DNA of 64,000 nucleotides from Octopus sinensis. Lineage: Eukaryota. Where the stretch lies: positions 1 to 64,000 of the forward strand of contig NW_021833040.1 in the NCBI RefSeq assembly GCF_006345805.1. Direction: 5' to 3'. The notes below the pieces were generated by a model that saw only the letters and a program-made list of their open reading frames with translations, did no database searches and was not told the origin of the DNA. A program made the translations under genes and the position numbers. This document shows, piece by piece, positions 12,951 through 25,760 of this stretch. Position 1 is the first letter of the stretch. Each line of letters starts with the position of its first letter.

Positions 12951-13974
12951 AAAAAAGAATATATATATGCCTGTGTATGTATGTATGCGTTCATTTTGTA
13001 TATTTTGGGACTCTAGATAAATAGATACATACATAAAATTTGAAAGGAACACGTTGGCAAAAATAAAACTGGATACAGAATTCGAGAGGATTGTCATAAC
13101 TGGAATGAATGTGATTGCATCTTTGTTCATAGCATCCAGAGAGCAATACAATTAAACGTAGGATGAACCTTCCTGCTGTCGCTCGAAGTGACAAAAATAA
13201 CAGCTACCCGTCCCCCAAATCACGCCTAAATTTCTTCAAAGTAGTATAAAGCACTTTGTTTAATATATTACTTGGTTCCCTGAGCAAAAGCAAGAGAGGG
13301 GATTGTCAGTTCCCGAATTGCTTTGACAACAAGTCTAAGCTATCACGTTTTTAATCTGAAGTCAAACAGTTTCTAAAATTATAATAATAGCACAAAACTT
13401 CTAATTCAAACCCACAGAGATTATTATACACAATTATGCTTGTGTGTGTTAATATATATTATCGCTGGACGTAGACTTCCATTCTCATGGGGTCGATAAT
13501 ATAAAGTACCAGTCTATTATTGATTGTCGATATAATCCAATCCTACTTTCACAAAGTGTGTGGCCTTGTGCCAATACTAGAAATACCTTACAATAATATA
13601 ATGTTTATCTAAAAATTTATTTATCAAACAGTCTCCTTTAAGATTAAATATTGTTTACCAAATTTTACTAGAATTGTATTGTTTTTCATTTTATTTTCTT
13701 CTTTTATTACTTTTAACTTTACTAACAAAACGCGACAAGTCTCCTTTGAATCCCTGGTAGGTTACCAATATTGCTGGCGTTATTCCATAAATTCACCGTT
13801 ACTTTCTCAGAAATAGAAGCAGCGTGATGTTATCTGAGATTATGGAGGAGAAAAATATTTCAGCAAATCGGTACAAATGTTCAAAATGTTCTTGAAGCAA
13901 TAGAGATAAAACAAGTTATATTTATAAAACTGCTCTCAGAAATAAATAGATATAGAGTAGGGACGGGGGGTAAG

Positions 13975-14790
13975 CAACACCAGAGTGAGAGAGAGGGAGA
14001 AAGATGTATGTTTAGATATATAGAGAGTAAAAGAAAAGGGACAGGCTGATTCCAACTGTGAGAGAAAGAGAGTAAGAAGCATAGATAGAAGGTGGGATTG
14101 CATTTATGTATGTTTTCAGAAAGAGAGGAATAGAATTTTTATAGCAAATATATGCGATACTGAGAAATGATGAAGGGAGGGACAGAGTGAGAAAATGAGA
14201 GAGAGAGCAGAAGAAATGAGTGAGTGAAATACTCTGGCAAAAATATGCTTATATATAGAGTATATTAGCGAGTTTTGGAGAGAGAGTTAATGAAATGGAA
14301 ACAGAGAGATAGGTGGTTACTAGACAAAGAACGTTGAAGTGTGAGCGCATGCGTGCAACAGTGAGAAAGGAAAAGAGAGTCACAGATGGACAAGTACGTG
14401 TATGTGTTTATCTGTTATTTTTTTTTGTATCAATAGAAAGCTAGATAAGAGAATAGCGAGAAAGAGGCGTAGTGAGAGAATGTGTTTGTGTGAACGAATA
14501 CCAAGATATCTCGATATACAGAGGAGAACTACTGCGAGATAAGAGTTATAAAAGGCAGAAAGATACATACATATATATATATATATATACATGTATATAT
14601 ATATATACACAGAGGGGGTGTGAGAGATAGATACAGTATATGGAAAGAGTGTGGAATCGAGAAGTCTAAACAAAGATTAGTAGAAAAATATTGTGATTAT
14701 GAAAAAGAAACCGAAAATAATTTAAGAAACTGACAGCAAGAACTGTTGAAAAGGGAAAACGATGGAAATAGGAAAAGTTGAAGAAAATTA
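13975..14790. repeat. Purine-rich (AG) low-complexity region
   Basis: Strong plus-strand purine bias with short (GA)n runs. Confidence 0.7.
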
Positions 14791-15130
14791 TTGAAAACAT
14801 ATTCACAGAGCATATACGTTAATATAAGTGTTCTTAAATGTATGAGAACCGCAAACAATAAGTAATATTTAAAAATATGCTACTGAGATAAATATTTACA
14901 ATAAAAATGTATAGAATTTAAGCAGAAATAGTTTTTTTTGAAATAGTTTCGAAAAAAAAAAGAGATAAAATAAAAATCACACTTATGAATATTTGGGATT
15001 GATTTGAACTTGTTTTGATGGAAATAGTTAAGAGATCGCAATTGTCTGAATTTCAACTTATAATTCGTGATAGAATTCAATTAAATTTATGGTCAAAAGA
15101 GATTCTTAATAACTTATGTTAACATCAAAT

Positions 15131-15517
15131 GGATGGAAGCACTCCGTCGGTTACGACGATGAGGGTTCCGGTTGATCCGAATCAACAGAACAGCCTGCTC
15201 GTGAAATTAACGTGTAAGTGGCTGAGCACTCCACAGACACGTGCACCCTTAACGTAGTTCTCGGGGATATTCAGCGTGACACAGAGAGTGACAAGGCCGG
15301 CCCCTTGAAATACAGGTACAACAGAAACAGGAAGTAAGAGTGAGAGAAAGTTGTGGTGAAAGAGTACAGCAGGGATCACCACCATCCCCTGCCGGATCCT
15401 CGTGGAGCTTTTAGGTGTTTTCGCTCAATAAACACTCATAACGCCCGGTCTGGGAATCGAAACCGCGATCCTATGACCGCGAGTCCGCTGCCATAACCAC
15501 TGGGCCATTGCGCCTCC
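15131..15517 (-). mobile_element. SINE family A1, full length, 11-bp TSD
   Basis: Flanked by direct repeat taacatcaaat (15120-15130 and 15518-15528). Confidence 0.95.
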
Positions 15518-15650
15518 TAACATCAAATAGCGACTTAGAGAAACTAAAAATTCACTACGTGTAACTGAGTGCAGAAATTGTGAGCATTCGAAATGTTTGC
15601 GATCTTTGTAATCCAGTGCCTGATATTATTGACTGGTTAATAAGGGAAGT

Positions 15651-15975
15651 CGGGTGCGTGGCTTAGTGGTTAGGGTGTTGGACTCATGATCGTAAGATTG
15701 TGGTTTCGATTCAAGGACTGGGCGATGCGATGTGTTCTTGAGCAAATTGCTACCACCGAGATCTGTACCCGCGGTCGGCTTCATCCGTGCTCGCACCCGC
15801 AGCTTCTATGCACGCTGCAGTGCCCCACTATTTGACCGGGCATCGGAAAGTCGCCTCGCCGGCGATCGCGCAACCTGTCACCCGGCAGGTCCGGCATCGG
15901 GCGAGAGACTGGAGTTCTCGTCTAGGCGAGGAATGTATCTGCCATGCAAACTGAGAAACCGGCCTTATGCTTTTA
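15651..15975 (+). mobile_element. SINE family D (CORE-type) head and tail with the centre replaced by a 28S rRNA fragment
   Basis: Head matches the reverse complement of the 58865-59118 copy up to gttcttgagcaaa; tail gactggagttctcgtc...gaaaccggccttatg resumes after 15910. Confidence 0.8.
15747..15910 (-). pseudogene. 28S (LSU) rRNA fragment, antisense to the host SINE
   Basis: The minus strand reads ...gaagctgcgggtgcgagcacggatgaagccgaccgcgggtacagatctcggtggtagcaa. This matches the conserved LSU segment ...ggagccgccgcaggtgcagatcttggtggtagtagcaaa (LR7 primer site TACTACCACCAAGATCT). GC-rich island in AT-rich DNA. Confidence 0.8.
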
Positions 15976-16071
15976 GATGACTCATTGAAATTTAAACAGA
16001 ACATGTTAATTTCAAGTCTAAGATGTAGGAATTAAAATGGAGTGTTTCATATAATCGGCCTTAAAATAATA

Positions 16072-16458
16072 TCTCTCTCTATATAAACGGCAGTTTGTCT
16101 GTGCGTGTTTCTGTGTGTCTGTTTGCTTGTACCCTCACTCTGACCACGGCTTTCAACCGATTCTGATGAAACTTGACACACACATAGCCCAATGTCATAA
16201 TTCAAAACTAACGCAGCGAAAACTTTGAAAAGTTCCCCCAGTTCTGAAAAAAATCGATAAATTCGATATGGGGTCGAGAATAAAAAAAACAAACCACAGA
16301 CTGTCTAGGGGACGCAACTCAACCTTTTTTACTCTCAAAAAAAAAATTTACCATCATTTTTTTTTCCATTTTTTTGCTATTTTTTGGCTATAACTCTCTA
16401 AAAATGCTTTATAGTTATTTCCCTTACAAACCTGAGCAACGCCGGGCGATACTGCTAG
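16072..16458 (+). mobile_element. Non-autonomous Helitron
   Basis: A|TC start, subterminal hairpin (cctgagcaacgccggg), CTAG|T end. Confidence 0.85.
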
Positions 16459-16504
16459 TTTGATATAATTCTAAAATTGTTCTTATACTAACACTTTAAA
16501 TATA

Positions 16505-16892
16505 GGCGTAAGAGTGGCTGTGTGATAAGTAGCTTGTTTACCAAACACATGGTTCCGGGTTCAGTTCCACTGCGTGGCACCTTGGGCAAGTGTCTTTAAC
16601 TATAGTCTCGGGCCGACCAAAGCCTTGTTAGTTGATTTGGAAAGCGGAACCTGAAAGAAGTCCGTCGTATATATGTATATATGTGTGTGTGTTGTTTGCC
16701 CTACCAACATCGCTCAACAACCGATGCGGGTGTGTTTACGTCACCGTAACTTAGCGGTTCGGCAAAAGAGACTGATAGAATAAGTTCTAGGCTTACAATG
16801 AATAAGTCCTGGGGGTCGATTTGCTCGACTAAAGGCGGTGCTCCAGCATGGCCACAGTGAAATGACTGAAACAAGTAAAAGTGTAAAGAGTA
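16505..16892 (+). mobile_element. SINE family B
   Basis: Family match. Confidence 0.92.
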
Positions 16893-17831
16893 TAGAAAAT
16901 GTTTGAGAACAACAATGATTTAGACAGACGTACGGTCAGAAGTTTGAGGTAGGGTAGAAATTACTAAACAGAGGCTCATAGCAAGAGAATATCACCAATT
17001 AGATCCCTATCAAGATATTAAATAGTTTGAAGTACTAAAAGATGGAAACATGATTGGTAAAGTTTTGTATAATAGGAAATTTATAATAATTATAATAATT
17101 ATTCTTAATTAGGCACAACAACAGTGGTTTCACGAGAAGGGCTTCGTCAGTGCAATCGACCCCAGAATGTATGCATAACATGAAAGTTACGTTTATAAAA
17201 TTACATCTAATTACATAAACGAGGTAAGTTAATATTTGAATTCATTAAAATGAAGTAATTACAATGAAAATATCATTTATATACATAACTGGGAATTTCT
17301 ATGGAGAGTTTGATAAGTTTACTCTTCATATCTTATAAAAATTTCTTTACATTTCCTGCAATCATTTATAATTGAATGGAGTTAATTTAAAGTATTTAAA
17401 ATAGAATAGATACGCACAACTCACATTTGCAATTCAACTGAAAACACTAAACGCATCCTACACAATTTAGAAGAAGCCATACCAACTCTCTTCAAACAAT
17501 AAGTCGCCAAAATTTTAATTTATTGACTCCTGAACGCATACAATACTCTCGTTTCTAAAGGACATAAATATCGTTAGTTGTAATTCATTCGTCTTCAGTT
17601 ATTTACAGACAATATCTCCTCTAGATGTATTTCAAAATTATAAAATCTAGTACTTAGAAAGCCACGATTACCTTAGTTCGGGTATAAAGAAACTTTTAAT
17701 AGTAGCATATGAAGTATAATTGTTTACAAGTCGTTATGTTGTATGTAAATAATTCGTATCTAAAGAGAAATGTGCTATAGGTCTGAGCATTTGGTATAAG
17801 TGCAAAGATACAAAATATTACATATAATATG

Positions 17832-18205
17832 TATTTCTTTACTACCAGCAAAGGGCTAAACATAGAGGAGAAAAATAAGGACAGACAAACATATTATGTC
17901 GATTACATCGACCCCTGTACGTAACTGGTACTTAATTTATCGACGCTGAAAGGATGAAAGGCAAAGTCGACCTCGGCGGAAAATTTAACCCAGAACGTAA
18001 CGGCAGACGAAATGCCTATTTCTTTACTACCCACAAGGGTGTAAACGCAGAGGGGACAAACAAGGACAGACAAACGGATTAAATCGATTACATCGCCCCC
18101 AGTGCAAAGTCGACCTCAGCAGAATTTGAACCCAGAACGTAACGGCAGACGAAATATGGCTACGCATTTCGCCCGGCGCGCTAAAGTTTCTGCCAGCTCG
18201 CCGCC
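17832..18205 (-). mobile_element. SINE family C (C1), tandem dimer; one unit internally deleted
   Basis: Junction gacgaaatgcc|tatttcttt at ~18016; head gccagctcgccgcc. Confidence 0.9.
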
Positions 18206-19317
18206 TTAATATTACATATAAGATGTTTAACGTTTTGTGCATTCTCACTAAATGGTAGAAAGCAAACATCCATAGATTCTAGGATTGAGTTTTCACTTAA
18301 TTTTATTTCAGCGTCCTATAACTTTACAAATCACGTTCTACAGTTATTTAAGATGTTTTTCAGCGGATTAAATAGGGTGATAGTGACCCTTATGCTTTCA
18401 AGTAGCTTAACTTACGTAACGCGTTCAATCGCTAGCATTCAAAATGTTTTATAGATTATGAGGATATCTCTCTATTTACCTACAGTTTTTCTATTCGAGT
18501 CAACAACATCATCTTGGATTATGGCTGATGTTGCTTAAGCCTTTCCTCATTTTAAAAAATCTTCTTCCTCAGGCATTGCACGATAACACTGTTTATGATT
18601 GGTGATGGTGCTGTGAGTCTCAGCTGAATGGTTGGCTGTAGCCTTAAAAAGCAAATAAAAGTCACATTCGATCACAGCACCAATAACGGTTAAGCTTCAT
18701 GCAATGGCCATACTCTATAACGAGGGGGCAGCCATCATATGCTATTCGAGGGTCTTAGAGAGTCATATGTTTTAAAATCTGTCCTCGAATGGTTAGTATT
18801 CAGCGGTTAAAATTCGATTATATTTTGATAATCTGAATTTTATTTGGCATTCGTCTGCAATTACAAGTTGGGCGTGATTGCTTCGGTGGCTGGTAGATAT
18901 TCTTGCAACGATAAAGCAGGGCTTACGTTTAGAATATAATCTACATCTAATTGGTAGACGGTCTAGCAAAATTTATCTTTCTGTGCAAACGCGTTGATTG
19001 ATGGTTGCGTAACAATGAAATGCGCGTCTAGTAAGAATAAACGTAAATCTGTTGGTGAAAAGCAAAGTGTCAGATATGTGACTGATGATTGATAAACAAT
19101 GAAGGGCAAAATAGTTGCGATATCAGTAACAGATCTTGAGTGGTTACTGCAGTTGAAATAATGAGGAGACGAAAAAAAAAAAAGAATTGGTGTCGTAAGT
19201 TTTCTGTTGAATATAAAAAAACACATTCTTAAGAACCTTCCTGTGATTAGCAACTTGATACTTGTACCTGCAGCTAATCACCTAGGTTAAGCATGCTTGC
19301 TAAACGGTGCGGATATG

Positions 19318-19325
19318 TGTGTGTG

Positions 19326-19384
<59 letters not shown>

Positions 19385-19599
19385 TACATGTGTGTGTATA
19401 TCCTTAGTCTCTAATTAGGTATCTTCGCCGATTTTTTATATATAAATACACATTTTATGTATATATCTAGTTATCTATCTGTTTCTATATCTGTGTATCT
19501 ACCTTACAGCCTACCTATAGATATGTGTGTATGGCTGTTGTTATACTTGCATAGTTACATGCTAATGCTTGTACACAAACGGTTATACAAAAAATGCAT

Positions 19600-19635
<36 letters not shown>

Positions 19636-19688
19636 GTATGTATGTATGTATGTATGTATGTATGTATGTATGTATGTATGTATGTATG

Positions 19689-19723
<35 letters not shown>

Positions 19724-19860
19724 ATACATAGATATGTATACACTGACATTCATACGTATATATACACTTATAGGGAGGTACAGTGAGAGAGAGAGTGTGT
19801 GTGGTGGGGAGAGAGACAGACAAAGATAGAGACACATGGAGAGAGAGAGAGAGACATTTT
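19318..19860. repeat. Compound microsatellites (TA, CA, TATG, GA)
   Basis: Direct inspection. Confidence 0.9.
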
Positions 19861-20891
19861 TAGAGTCGGTTATTGTAATATATGTATTTACGAATGTAGA
19901 TTTAACCATTTTAATCAACTATGTAATATCAGTGACTATATTCCCTGCTATTTTCAGAAAACCTGTTTCAATTGAATATTAATTTTTAGCTCATACTATT
20001 TCCTCTACTGTTTCACTTCTCTGGTAAATTTCACCTACAACCAAAACCGTTTAAGTTTTCCTTCTTTTTCTTTTAATATAGATTTTTCCTAATACAGAAT
20101 TTTGCAATTTAGTGATTTACATGAATAATCTTACATTGAAACATCCTTATCTTTATTTTCACTCTGCTGCATATATTTTCGACTTACATTTTCCCATCTG
20201 ATAACCCCCCGTGAAGCAATACTCAGTATTTCAATTAATTTTCTTACAATTATTGCATGATGTTCACAATCTTTACCTCCCCATTGCTTATTTTCTGTAA
20301 GCAAATCTGGAGCTTAGCACAATTTACAAGTATAGCAATTGACCGTCTTGAACACTCACACATTTCTAAGCAAGTTTATTTCGTTAGGCTAACGAATATT
20401 TATCACCGTCTTCATAGTATAAGATCGTGTAATCAAGTGTAATTCGTTCTTGTATACGTTCTTACTTAACAGTAATATTTTCCTTCAGTTTTCAACATTT
20501 AATCTCTTCTCTGTTACAAGAACTTAGCGTATGACCGCTTTTGTTATGTTTCTGTTCCCTAGACAACAATCGTTTTCGCTTCGAACTTCCAAGCTGCGTG
20601 TTATCGCTAACACATATACAAAATCACAAGCTAATTTATTTAACTTTGGGTATACTTTTCTTCATTGTAATGCAGAATTAGTGTAATGGCCATAAAAATT
20701 CGAAGTTAAATATTTTCCATATGATTAATGTAAGTCAGTATTCGAGTCTTATGCTGTTTCCCTTTTTTGCTTACTTTATTATAATTATTTGAACGTAAAG
20801 ATATTTTCCATTTTAGTAACATTCCATTTTAGCAACATTCTTTTTCTATCTATATATTAAACGGTATAAATATGTTTCGATTGAAACACAC

Positions 20892-21090
20892 TGAACTGGC
20901 AGAAAAGTTACCGCATTGGACGAAATGCTTAGCGGCACGTTGTCCGTCTTTAAGATCTGAGATCAAATTCCGCCGAGGTCGGCTTTGCGTTTCATCCTTT
21001 CTGAATTGATGAATTAAATACCAGATAAGCACTGGGGTGGATTTAATTGACTTATCCCCTCCCAGAAAATTGAGCAAAAATTTGAAACCA
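20892..21090 (+). mobile_element. SINE family C, degraded
   Basis: gaaatgcttagcggc...caaattccgccgaggtcggctttgcgtttcatcc. Confidence 0.8.
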
Positions 21091-21108
21091 ATATGAGATA
21101 GATTCAAA

Positions 21109-21500
21109 GTCGGCGAGCTGGCAGGATCGTTAGCACGCCGGACGAAATGCGTTGCCATGTTTTGTCTGCCGTTACGTTCGGAGTTCAAATTTCGCCGAGA
21201 TCGACTTTGCCTTTCATCCTTTCTTGGTCGATAAATTAAGTACCAGTTGCGCACTGGGGTCGATGTAATCTAATTAATCCGTTTGACTCTCCTTGTTTGT
21301 CCCCTGTGTGTGTAGCCCCTTGTGGGTAGTAAAGAAATAGGTATTTCGGCTATCTACACTCTCTGAGTTCATATTCCACAGAGGTCGACGATGCCGTTTA
21401 TTCGGGGCCAGTAAAATATGTACCACTTTAGGACTGGGGTCGATATCATCGACTTAGCCCCTACCCCGAATTTTCTGACCTATCAAAATTTGAAGTTTTA
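21109..21500 (+). mobile_element. SINE family C (C1) full copy followed by a degraded second unit
   Basis: Tail aaagaaatag joined directly to gtatttcg at 21340/21341. Confidence 0.88.
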
Positions 21501-22146
21501 CAATTCGTGCTGACACCTCAAAATATACGATAACCTTTGCAAAAGGAAGGGACTCAACAGTTCCTTCTTACTAAGTATCTCCCTTTAAATCAATCGCTCA
21601 CAAATGTATTTTAGGAATATATGAAGAAAATCAACCACACCCTCTCGTGGCACTAGACGAATGTTACTTCTATCGTCGATATTTACTATGTTACACCGTC
21701 TTAATAATTCAATCCTGAATCGTATTAAATTCTCGGAACTTCATACTAAACCATTATTTGAGATATCATAGCATTAACTTAAAACTTAAAATTGGAAACT
21801 AAAACTCACGATAAAATATGGGTACTCAGAGATGTGTGACTAGCACAAAAATACATCCTCTAAATTGCATAGTTTCTTTAAATACAATGCTTGATTCAAT
21901 TTCTCGTACATTCGTTTTCAATGTCAGAATTCTTACTCACTAGCCATTTTCAAAATTGGGGTGGTAGAAAATATGTATGAGCACTAGAAATTAAATGCGT
22001 CGTTATGCCATTATATACGGTATTCTAGAAATAAATGCATCGTTAATATATCTAAATGAGTTATTTAATACTGGAAACCGTGTCGAAATTGCAACTGTAG
22101 TAAATACATGCAGTAAAAAGTCACCAGTTTTGATGTCCGTCACAGT

Positions 22147-22351
22147 GGCGCAGGAGTGGCTGTGTGGTAAGTAGCTTGTTTACCAACCACTGCGTGGCAC
22201 CTTGGGCCAGTGTCTTCGACTATAGCCTCGGGCCGACCAAAGCCTTGTGAGTGGATTTGGTAGACGGAAACTGAAAGAAGCCCATCGTATATATGTACAT
22301 ATATATATTTATATATATATATATGTACATATATATATATATAAATATATA

Positions 22352-22387
<36 letters not shown>

Positions 22388-22592
22388 TGTGTTTGTCCCC
22401 CTAGCATTGCTTGACAACCGATGCTGGTGTGTTTACGTCCCTGTAACTTAGCAGTTTGACATAAGGGACCGATAGAATAAGTACTGGGCTTACAAAAGAA
22501 TAACAATTCTCGAGTTGCTCGATTAAAGGTGGTGCTCCAGCATGGCCGCAGTCAAATGACTGAAACAAGTAAAGGAGAGTAAAGCGAGAGTA
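22147..22592 (+). mobile_element. SINE family B with a short deletion in the head
   Basis: Family match. Confidence 0.92.
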
Positions 22593-23251
22593 ATACATAA
22601 CTACACTGAAAGCAACGTAACTTACAATTGCAGAGAAAACAATGAGCGTTGCACTGGAGCTAATTCGAACCAGTTTCGAACCATTTCGAGATTTTGTTCC
22701 TCTTCAGTATTTGCGTGGTGTGGATTTTGGGAGTGTAGTACAATCTAAATATTTTCCCGATTTTTTAATATTGTAAATGGCTCTGAACTTAATATCTATC
22801 ACGCTGAGAGTGAACGTTATGTGCTAAAATATAAGCACTTTAGGTGCAAACATAATATCAGAGTAAGTTAAGGCTCAAAAGATAACTATTTTCAAATGAA
22901 TTTTTATAGAAATTTTCTTTACATCACATTTAAAATATAGTTTATGACTCCAGTTTAAACCTTTTGAAAATGATACTGTTTTGCGTTTTAATGTTTTTGA
23001 GTTTGTCTCCATATCCATTATTTCTTATCTGTAAAAAGTGTGAAATAGGAGAAATGAAAGCGTATAATTGGCCATATATTTAATTGATTGAATCTGGTAG
23101 AGTACAGTACAAGAGGATGCAGAGGCGTAAAACTTGCTGCAGCTGAAGTCGGAATTTGAAATTATATGATATGCTGGGGGAGGGAGCATGGTGAGTGAAA
23201 ACTGTAGGAGATAGATAAATGTAAATCTAGGCTGATCTTCCAGAGAATATT

Positions 23252-23847
23252 GGGGATCTTTTCCTTTTGAACGGCAGATGTCAACACAAATTCTAGTTAT
23301 CTAAACACATTTAAACTTCGTATGCTGGTAGAATGTGTTTATAAAACATCATTTTTTTCTTGGTTTTATTGAGAAAATTCTATAGTTTGTAAGATATTTC
23401 ATCTGAAAATCCGAGCTTTCGGCAATTTTAAGCAATCGATTACCTCCATTCAACTAAAATCATTTGCTGCGTCTAAAACTGAGACATCATCCTGTAACCC
23501 TAAATTTTTTTCTTAATTGTTAAATTAATTTAATTCCATTGCTTTAGTTTTTTTACACGCGTAACAATTAAATTAATTTAACAATTAAGAAATCAAATTT
23601 AGGGTTAGGGGGGAGGTTTAGGGTTAGTTACAGTGTGTTGTCTCAGTTTTATACGCAGCAAATGATTTTAGCTCAAAAGAGAGCATAGGATTGGTTAAAA
23701 TTCGAAAAATTAACACTACGTTAAACAAAAAAATTACAATTTTCTGAAGAAAGCCAAGAGAAAAAAATGTTTTATTTTTACACATTCTACCAATATACAA
23801 AGTTTTAGTTAACTAGAAATTGTCTGCCGTTCAAAAGGAAAAGATCC
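23252..23847. mobile_element. Foldback/MITE-like element (~600-bp imperfect palindrome)
   Basis: Ends ggatcttttccttttgaacggcaga ... tctgccgttcaaaaggaaaagatcc; arms pair almost to the centre; AATATT on both flanks. Confidence 0.88.
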
Positions 23848-25269
23848 AATATTGGTAATGTGTTGAACTTCGAGCGATCATTTTCTTTCCTCCAGAGCAA
23901 TCCATTATCTATATCCTCAATTGAAATCGACCCGAAAGTTTTATGCTGTGTTTGAGAAAGTCTAGCAGCTTTCGAAAATTGCTTCTTTATAAAGCTTTAT
24001 AAATGTTATGAGGTTAAGAGTGTGATTGTTATCGGGTGCAAAGATCCCAAAAGTGTCGTACATAAATAGCTTCATAGACAACGGTACAAAACCTAGAGAA
24101 TATATCTTCATTGTTTTAGTCGAGGAACGTAGACCCTGTAAGACCAATATGCCATTATCTCTTCTTTCTTATGACTGGAAGTTACTGTTTATATGATTTT
24201 ACTGGGTAACATGAATTTCATCCGAATCACTTTTCCCTTCCCTAAATGAGCACTTATGTCGGTATGCATAAATATCACCTCCGCAAAATTTAGGATGGCA
24301 TAGGTTTTACACAGGTCAAATATATTTAATTTCGAAACAGAGTCTCTATCTCTCTCACATCATAGGGTTTCTGTCTGTTCCTATGACCCATCATATTTTA
24401 TTTAACAAGAAATAAATATTAGGCATTCTATATTAAATGTTCTTCATGGGGAAACTAAATGCATTATATCTTCCGCTGCAATATTTTATCTTGACTGTAC
24501 ATTTCCTGGTGAAATTAACAATAATATGATTCTTGTATTCACATTCGTACTGCGAGTATCAATCTATTTTAAATTTTCATTATGACTTTAGTCCATAAAT
24601 TTAACTAAGTTCACCAAGTGATTCTTCTATATTGTAATTTGAAATGCAATATTTTCGAAAAGAAGAAACAGAACATAGATCTGATTCTTTATCTTTAACG
24701 TAGATATTTAATAGAAATATCATTCTTCAATTTATTTTAAGCTGGCTAACATTACCATTCTTCTGATTCCCATTTAAATCATTCTTTATTGACGAACATT
24801 TTCTAATCAAAATGTCGAAATATATTATTTTCAGTTGTTAGATTAAACACGTGTATTTCATATTAATGTTACACAATTTTCTACCTTCACCATTTTCTCA
24901 TTCACTTGCATAATATATATTTTGCCTTTTACGCATTTCAGGAATAGAATGTGGACATGCTGGAGCAATGCCTTGATTAATTGACACTAGCCCTTATACA
25001 TTTAAAAGACCTTCAGAAAATGTCATCTACTATATCATTGGGCCAAATGAAGCATTTGTGAGTTGATTTGATGGGCGAATAATGAAAGAAACCCCGTTAT
25101 ATATATATATATATAAATTGAATGGAGACAAGAAGTGGAACGAACCGACAAATCGAAACGAACCTGACGCGGGGCGCTGTCAGACAATAATGTGATAATT
25201 AAAAATATATGCATACATACAAACATATATGTACGTACCTACATCTACATGTATATATACATGCATATA

Positions 25270-25760
25270 TAAATAAATATACGTAAGTACAGGACGCCAC
25301 AACAAGACGTAGAAACGGGAAAAACAAAAATTTAACGACAAGTACAGAACAGGCTACACAAGGAAAAATCCAAAAATTTTTTACAAGAAAACAAGTACAG
25401 GACAAGCTACACAAGGAAAAATCCACCGTCATCAGCTGTCGCTAGTTAACTCAGGCGTGTTTCGAAGGCAAGACAGGACACTCGTTAACTAGGCCTTCCT
25501 GCGAGAGAATTAAAATAAAATTCCAAGCAGCGGGGTAAAACGGGTAAGAACACAAACAGGATGTAAGAATAAAACTGCACAATAAAATACAAGATAAAAA
25601 TACATGTACAAAAAATTACAAGACGAGAAATAAAAAGGGAATACAATACGGGAAATCAAACAAACAAGAGGACAAATGAGAAAAACCAAACAGACGAAAA
25701 AGGCCTTTTTTTGGCTAGACGAAAGATGTGTGGCAGCGTAGGGAAGCAACACTTTTCTGT
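25270..25760 (-). mobile_element. Probable Penelope-like pLTR-type remnant
   Basis: Strongly strand-biased and TA-anchored; internal direct repeat; decayed gaaggc...gccttc-GAAAC hairpin motif on the minus strand. Confidence 0.35.

Noticed and set aside
18480-18642. Minus-strand exon with good splice sites
   Set aside because: Stops occur in all three frames; at most a non-coding exon, and unsupported.
23600-23628. Interstitial telomere or chromosome fusion site
   Set aside because: Only about 3 degenerate TTAGGG units, inside a foldback element arm.
25440-25500. Hammerhead on the minus strand (gaaggc...gccttc-GAAAC)
   Set aside because: The core and UH site are not recognisable; kept only as a possible Penelope remnant.
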